A stretch of 64,000 nt of DNA, taken from NCBI GenBank assembly GCA_964616725.1, contig CAZTRW010000001.1, positions 9,465 through 73,464 of the forward strand. Direction: 5' to 3'. The stretch comes from an uncultured bacterium. GTDB taxonomy: Bacteria > Cyanobacteriota > Cyanobacteriia > Cyanobacteriales > Desertifilaceae. The translations under genes were made by a program, and so were the position numbers. Positions 61,352 through 64,000 of this stretch are shown one piece after another. The first letter of the stretch is position 1, and every line of letters begins with the position of its first letter. The notes beneath the pieces were generated by a model. That model was not told the DNA's origin, ran no database searches, and worked only from the letters and a program-made list of their open reading frames with translations.

Positions 61352-62122
61352 ATGCGTTTACCCTTACCTTTGGTTAATTCTAGCGATCGCCCCAAAAACC
61401 ACATCGCTGAGGTGATTGAAACAGCCACCACGGAGTTTTTAGCCGAATGTCTGGAACCCGAAAGCCTGAGTTTTCCCATCATGCCTGCTTTCGGAACTTT
61501 TGTGCGATCGCGCAGCGACTCCCCAGGAGTATCGCGCAGCGACTCCCCAGGAGTATCGCGCAGCGACGGAGCAGGAGTATCGCGTAGTGACTCCCTAGGA
61601 GTATCACTCTCTGAAGAACCTGACTCTCCCTATTGGGTATATGCGGTAGTATATCACGCCACTACCACCCCCATTGATTCCATCCATCGCGCCAGAGCAT
61701 TAGGATTATCCTTAGAACAACTGCGGGAAGAACAACCCCAAATCTTCGCCATGCTCAAAACAGAATTTAGAGCCGCCATTGTCGGATTTGAAACCCTCGA
61801 AAATCTTGGTACTTCTACCCCTCGTTCCCGCATTTACCAGCACTTACCCCCTCGTCCCCCTCAAATTCACCAGGCAATTTATCAATGTACTCCTGAAGAA
61901 GTCCTCCGATTTACTCATCAAGTAGATTTTATCCGCATTCTCCTAGAAATTCCCGGTACTCCTGTCGATGCCTTGATTGCCGCCACCTTGAGATCCATTT
62001 ATCAATTTAGACCCACAGAACGATCTTGGCTCGTACAAGCGGGACGACATTTAAGCTTATTAGTCAAAGATGATTATGACCGGCTACGCTATATTTTGAG
62101 TCAGGTTTATCTGGCCAATTAA
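61352..62122 (+). CDS. HAS-barrel domain protein carrying a 32-aa repeat insertion
   Basis: HIAEVIET.TTEFLAEC, PIDSIHRARALG, EQPQIFAMLKTEF, KDDYDRLR. Confidence 0.82.
   Translation: MRLPLPLVNSSDRPKNHIAEVIETATTEFLAECLEPESLSFPIMPAFGTFVRSRSDSPGVSRSDSPGVSRSDGAGVSRSDSLGVSLSEEPDSPYWVYAVVYHATTTPIDSIHRARALGLSLEQLREEQPQIFAMLKTEFRAAIVGFETLENLGTSTPRSRIYQHLPPRPPQIHQAIYQCTPEEVLRFTHQVDFIRILLEIPGTPVDALIAATLRSIYQFRPTERSWLVQAGRHLSLLVKDDYDRLRYILSQVYLAN
61504..61607 (+). repeat. HIP1 plus four tandem 24-nt elements, in frame
   Basis: Units at 61512, 61536, 61560 and 61584 encode RSDSPGVS, RSDSPGVS, RSDGAGVS, RSDSLGVS. Confidence 0.92.
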
Positions 62123-62135
62123 CCTCCATTGGAAT

Positions 62136-62753
62136 TCATTCTAGTTGTATTTGTCTCCAAGATTGAGATAGCACTTGACCAGCTGATTTGGCAAACACAA
62201 AAGTCAATAACAAGCCTACCGCTAAATCAGGAAGCACAGAATTGGTAAGAAAGACTAACCCGGCTGCTACCAGTACAGAAACATTGGCAATAATATCATT
62301 GCGCGAGCATAGCCATACAGAAGACATATTGAGGTTGTCGTTGCGGTGACGGGTGAGCAAAAATAGGCAGCACAAATTGGCCAGTAAGACCACAATTCCC
62401 ACCATACCAATTAGAATCGGTTCAGGATGAGCGCCCCTTATTAGCTGATAGATAGCTCTGGCAAATACTGCCACAGCAGATAGAAACATAATCATGCCTT
62501 TGAAGAGTGCCGATCCGGCTTGGGCCTTAGGACCTTTGTTGATAACGTATAGACTGGTGGCATAAACAAGGGCATCACCGAGCATATCTAAGGAGTCAGC
62601 GGTTAAAGAGAGAGATTGGGCTTGAATTCCAGACCACAATTCTATGAAAAACATGAAGCTGTTGATCCATAGAACTGTCCACAGGACATTGGCTTGCTCT
62701 TTTTTGAGTTGGGATAACTGACAGGCTTTATCGTGACAGCAGCGATCGCTCAT
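62136..62753 (-). CDS. Cation diffusion facilitator (Co/Zn/Cd efflux-like, no C-terminal domain)
   Basis: SLTADSLDMLGDA, NMSSVWLCSRNDIIAN. Confidence 0.85.
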   Translation of the reverse strand: MSDRCCHDKACQLSQLKKEQANVLWTVLWINSFMFFIELWSGIQAQSLSLTADSLDMLGDALVYATSLYVINKGPKAQAGSALFKGMIMFLSAVAVFARAIYQLIRGAHPEPILIGMVGIVVLLANLCCLFLLTRHRNDNLNMSSVWLCSRNDIIANVSVLVAAGLVFLTNSVLPDLAVGLLLTFVFAKSAGQVLSQSWRQIQLE

Positions 62754-62860
62754 GGGGAGATCAGTTGATCGGGTATTTTTCGATTATATCCTCTTAGGGG
62801 TTTATTTCTCCCCAAAAGTATGATTTTCTTAACAGCAGCATCCATCTCAAGAGGAAGACT

Positions 62861-63223
62861 ATGGCAGGCAAATTAACCACTCATGTACTGGATACGGCGC
62901 AAGGTTGTCCAGCCGTGGGGATGACGTTAGAATTGTGGGCAGTGAATCCCAGTTCTCTGGGTAGGACTTTGCTAAAAAAAACACGGACAAATCATCAAGG
63001 CCGTACTGAGGTTCCTCTCTTGGAGAATGGAGATTTAAAAAAAGGAAGGTATGAGTTGCTGTTTTGGGTTGGAGATTATTTTCGGGGTTGTGGGCAGGAT
63101 TTGGCTGATCCTGTGTTTTTAGATCGAGTGCCGATTCAATTTGGTGTGGCTGATCCTGAAGATCATTATCATGTGCCGTTGTTAGTTTCTCCTTGGTGTT
63201 ATACAACTTATCGGGGGAGTTAG
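62861..63223 (+). CDS. uraH: 5-hydroxyisourate hydrolase
   Basis: LTTHVLD, TNHQGR, HYHVPLL, terminal YRGS. Confidence 0.95.
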   Translation: MAGKLTTHVLDTAQGCPAVGMTLELWAVNPSSLGRTLLKKTRTNHQGRTEVPLLENGDLKKGRYELLFWVGDYFRGCGQDLADPVFLDRVPIQFGVADPEDHYHVPLLVSPWCYTTYRGS

Positions 63224-63228
63224 GGGGT

Positions 63229-63735
63229 ATGGAAATGGTAGATCGGGTAAAAGCGCTGAACGAGATGAGTCAGGAAGCTTTTGTGGAGGCGTTGGAGGGT
63301 GTTTTTGAGGAAACTCCAACCATTGCAGCTCAGGCTTGGGATAAACGTCCTTTCTGTGATGGGGAACATCTCTTTGAAGTGCTGGTTGCTCAGATGTGGG
63401 CAATGAGTGCTGAGGAGCAATTGGCTTTGATTCGTCGGCATCCTGATTTAGGGAGTCGAGTTAGAATGGGGGTTTGTTCTGTGGCAGAACAGGCTAGTGC
63501 GGGATTGGATCGGTTAACGCCGCAGGAATTCGATCGCTTTCTGGGGTTGAATCAGGCTTATCAAGAGCGGTTTGGTTTTCCGTTTATTATGGCAGTAAAG
63601 GATCAAACTAAGGAGACTATTTTAGGGGCTTTTGCGGCAAGGTTGTACTCTTCTGTGTCGGTGGAGCATCAGAAGGCTTTGGAGGAAATTACGAAAATTG
63701 TACGATTTCGGTTGCGCGATCGCCATTTGATCTAG
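63229..63735 (+). CDS. uraD: OHCU decarboxylase
   Basis: LIRRHPDLG, SVAEQASAGL, LNQAYQERFGFPFIMAVK; start set at the ATG at 63229. Confidence 0.92.
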   Translation: MEMVDRVKALNEMSQEAFVEALEGVFEETPTIAAQAWDKRPFCDGEHLFEVLVAQMWAMSAEEQLALIRRHPDLGSRVRMGVCSVAEQASAGLDRLTPQEFDRFLGLNQAYQERFGFPFIMAVKDQTKETILGAFAARLYSSVSVEHQKALEEITKIVRFRLRDRHLI

Positions 63736-63742
63736 TTGGTTG

Positions 63743-64000
63743 TTAAAACTCAAAGCCTAGGGATATTCCGAAAAGATTTTTTACCCATTTACTCAGGGTT
63801 TTAGGTAGGGGCGAACTGGGTTCTTGCAGGAAAGTTTTCCAGCTAATTTTTCCTTCATGGAAGGCTTTTACAAAATCTCGAATATCTTGGAGTTGTTGTT
63901 TACGGATTTTCGCATCTACCATGATAGACTCCATGGGATCAATATTTTTTTTCTTGAGACTTTGATAGCGTTTGATCGTTTTTCCCTCTGGAGTTTCGGT
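63743..64000 (-). CDS. 3' end of an unidentified CDS running in from beyond the window
   Basis: The frame of the 63-aa track ORF stays open to the window edge (TETPEGKTIKRYQSLKKKNIDPMES...). Confidence 0.5.
   Translation of the reverse strand, partial: TETPEGKTIKRYQSLKKKNIDPMESIMVDAKIRKQQLQDIRDFVKAFHEGKISWKTFLQEPSSPLPKTLSKWVKNLFGISLGFEF

Larger units (their letters stand above)
1..64000. repeat. HIP1 octamer (GCGATCGC) over-represented throughout
   Basis: Dozens of exact copies in coding and non-coding DNA (e.g. 1978, 23521, 36092, 61504). None seen in the 58844-60275 block. Confidence 0.95.

Noticed and set aside
61504-61607. 24-nt tandem units as a CRISPR array (also 23521-23576)
   Set aside because: The units abut with no unique spacers, lie in frame in a gene, and there are no cas genes in the window.
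1-64000. tRNA, rRNA, IS transposase or prophage genes
   Set aside because: None recognised by eye in the intergenic gaps or the ORF track. A tRNAscan/Rfam/ISEScan run would be needed to exclude weak hits.

Overview
Cyanobacterial chromosome segment. The HIP1 octamer GCGATCGC is very frequent, and btpA, pam68, ndhS, zds and nrtABCD are present. Most of the window is housekeeping: nnr, mnmA, aroF-pam68-rpsO, ruvA, btpA, VKOR-Trx, cysK, nfi, cysS, nrtABCD with an NtcA-type promoter, sfsA, aroH, sppA, zds, dprA, upp, uraH-uraD. I saw no rRNA, tRNA, CRISPR array or transposase. Five things stand out. (1) A small signal-peptide ORF with a Pro/Gly-rich tail (YEPPDNGKPDHTGDTGGR) lies directly behind a CHASE2-PAS-GGDEF receptor, a candidate peptide/receptor pair. 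(2) Two families of tiny hairpin elements occur. One is a 24-nt unit anchored on HIP1 at 5 loci, in frame inside three genes, with a compensatory stem change. The other is a 21-nt unit at 3 loci, one of which has an apparent empty-site counterpart in the window. (3) An aminoalkylphosphonate cluster has an ABC importer, a PhnX-like HAD and an FAD oxidoreductase but no phnW, and carries Pho-box-like repeats. (4) A URC1-URC4-MOSC-upp operon suggests the unresolved URC uracil pathway with an extra MOSC gene. (5) A ParA-like ATPase plus HEPN-like module appears to be decaying. All product calls come from recalled family motifs, not from database searches.
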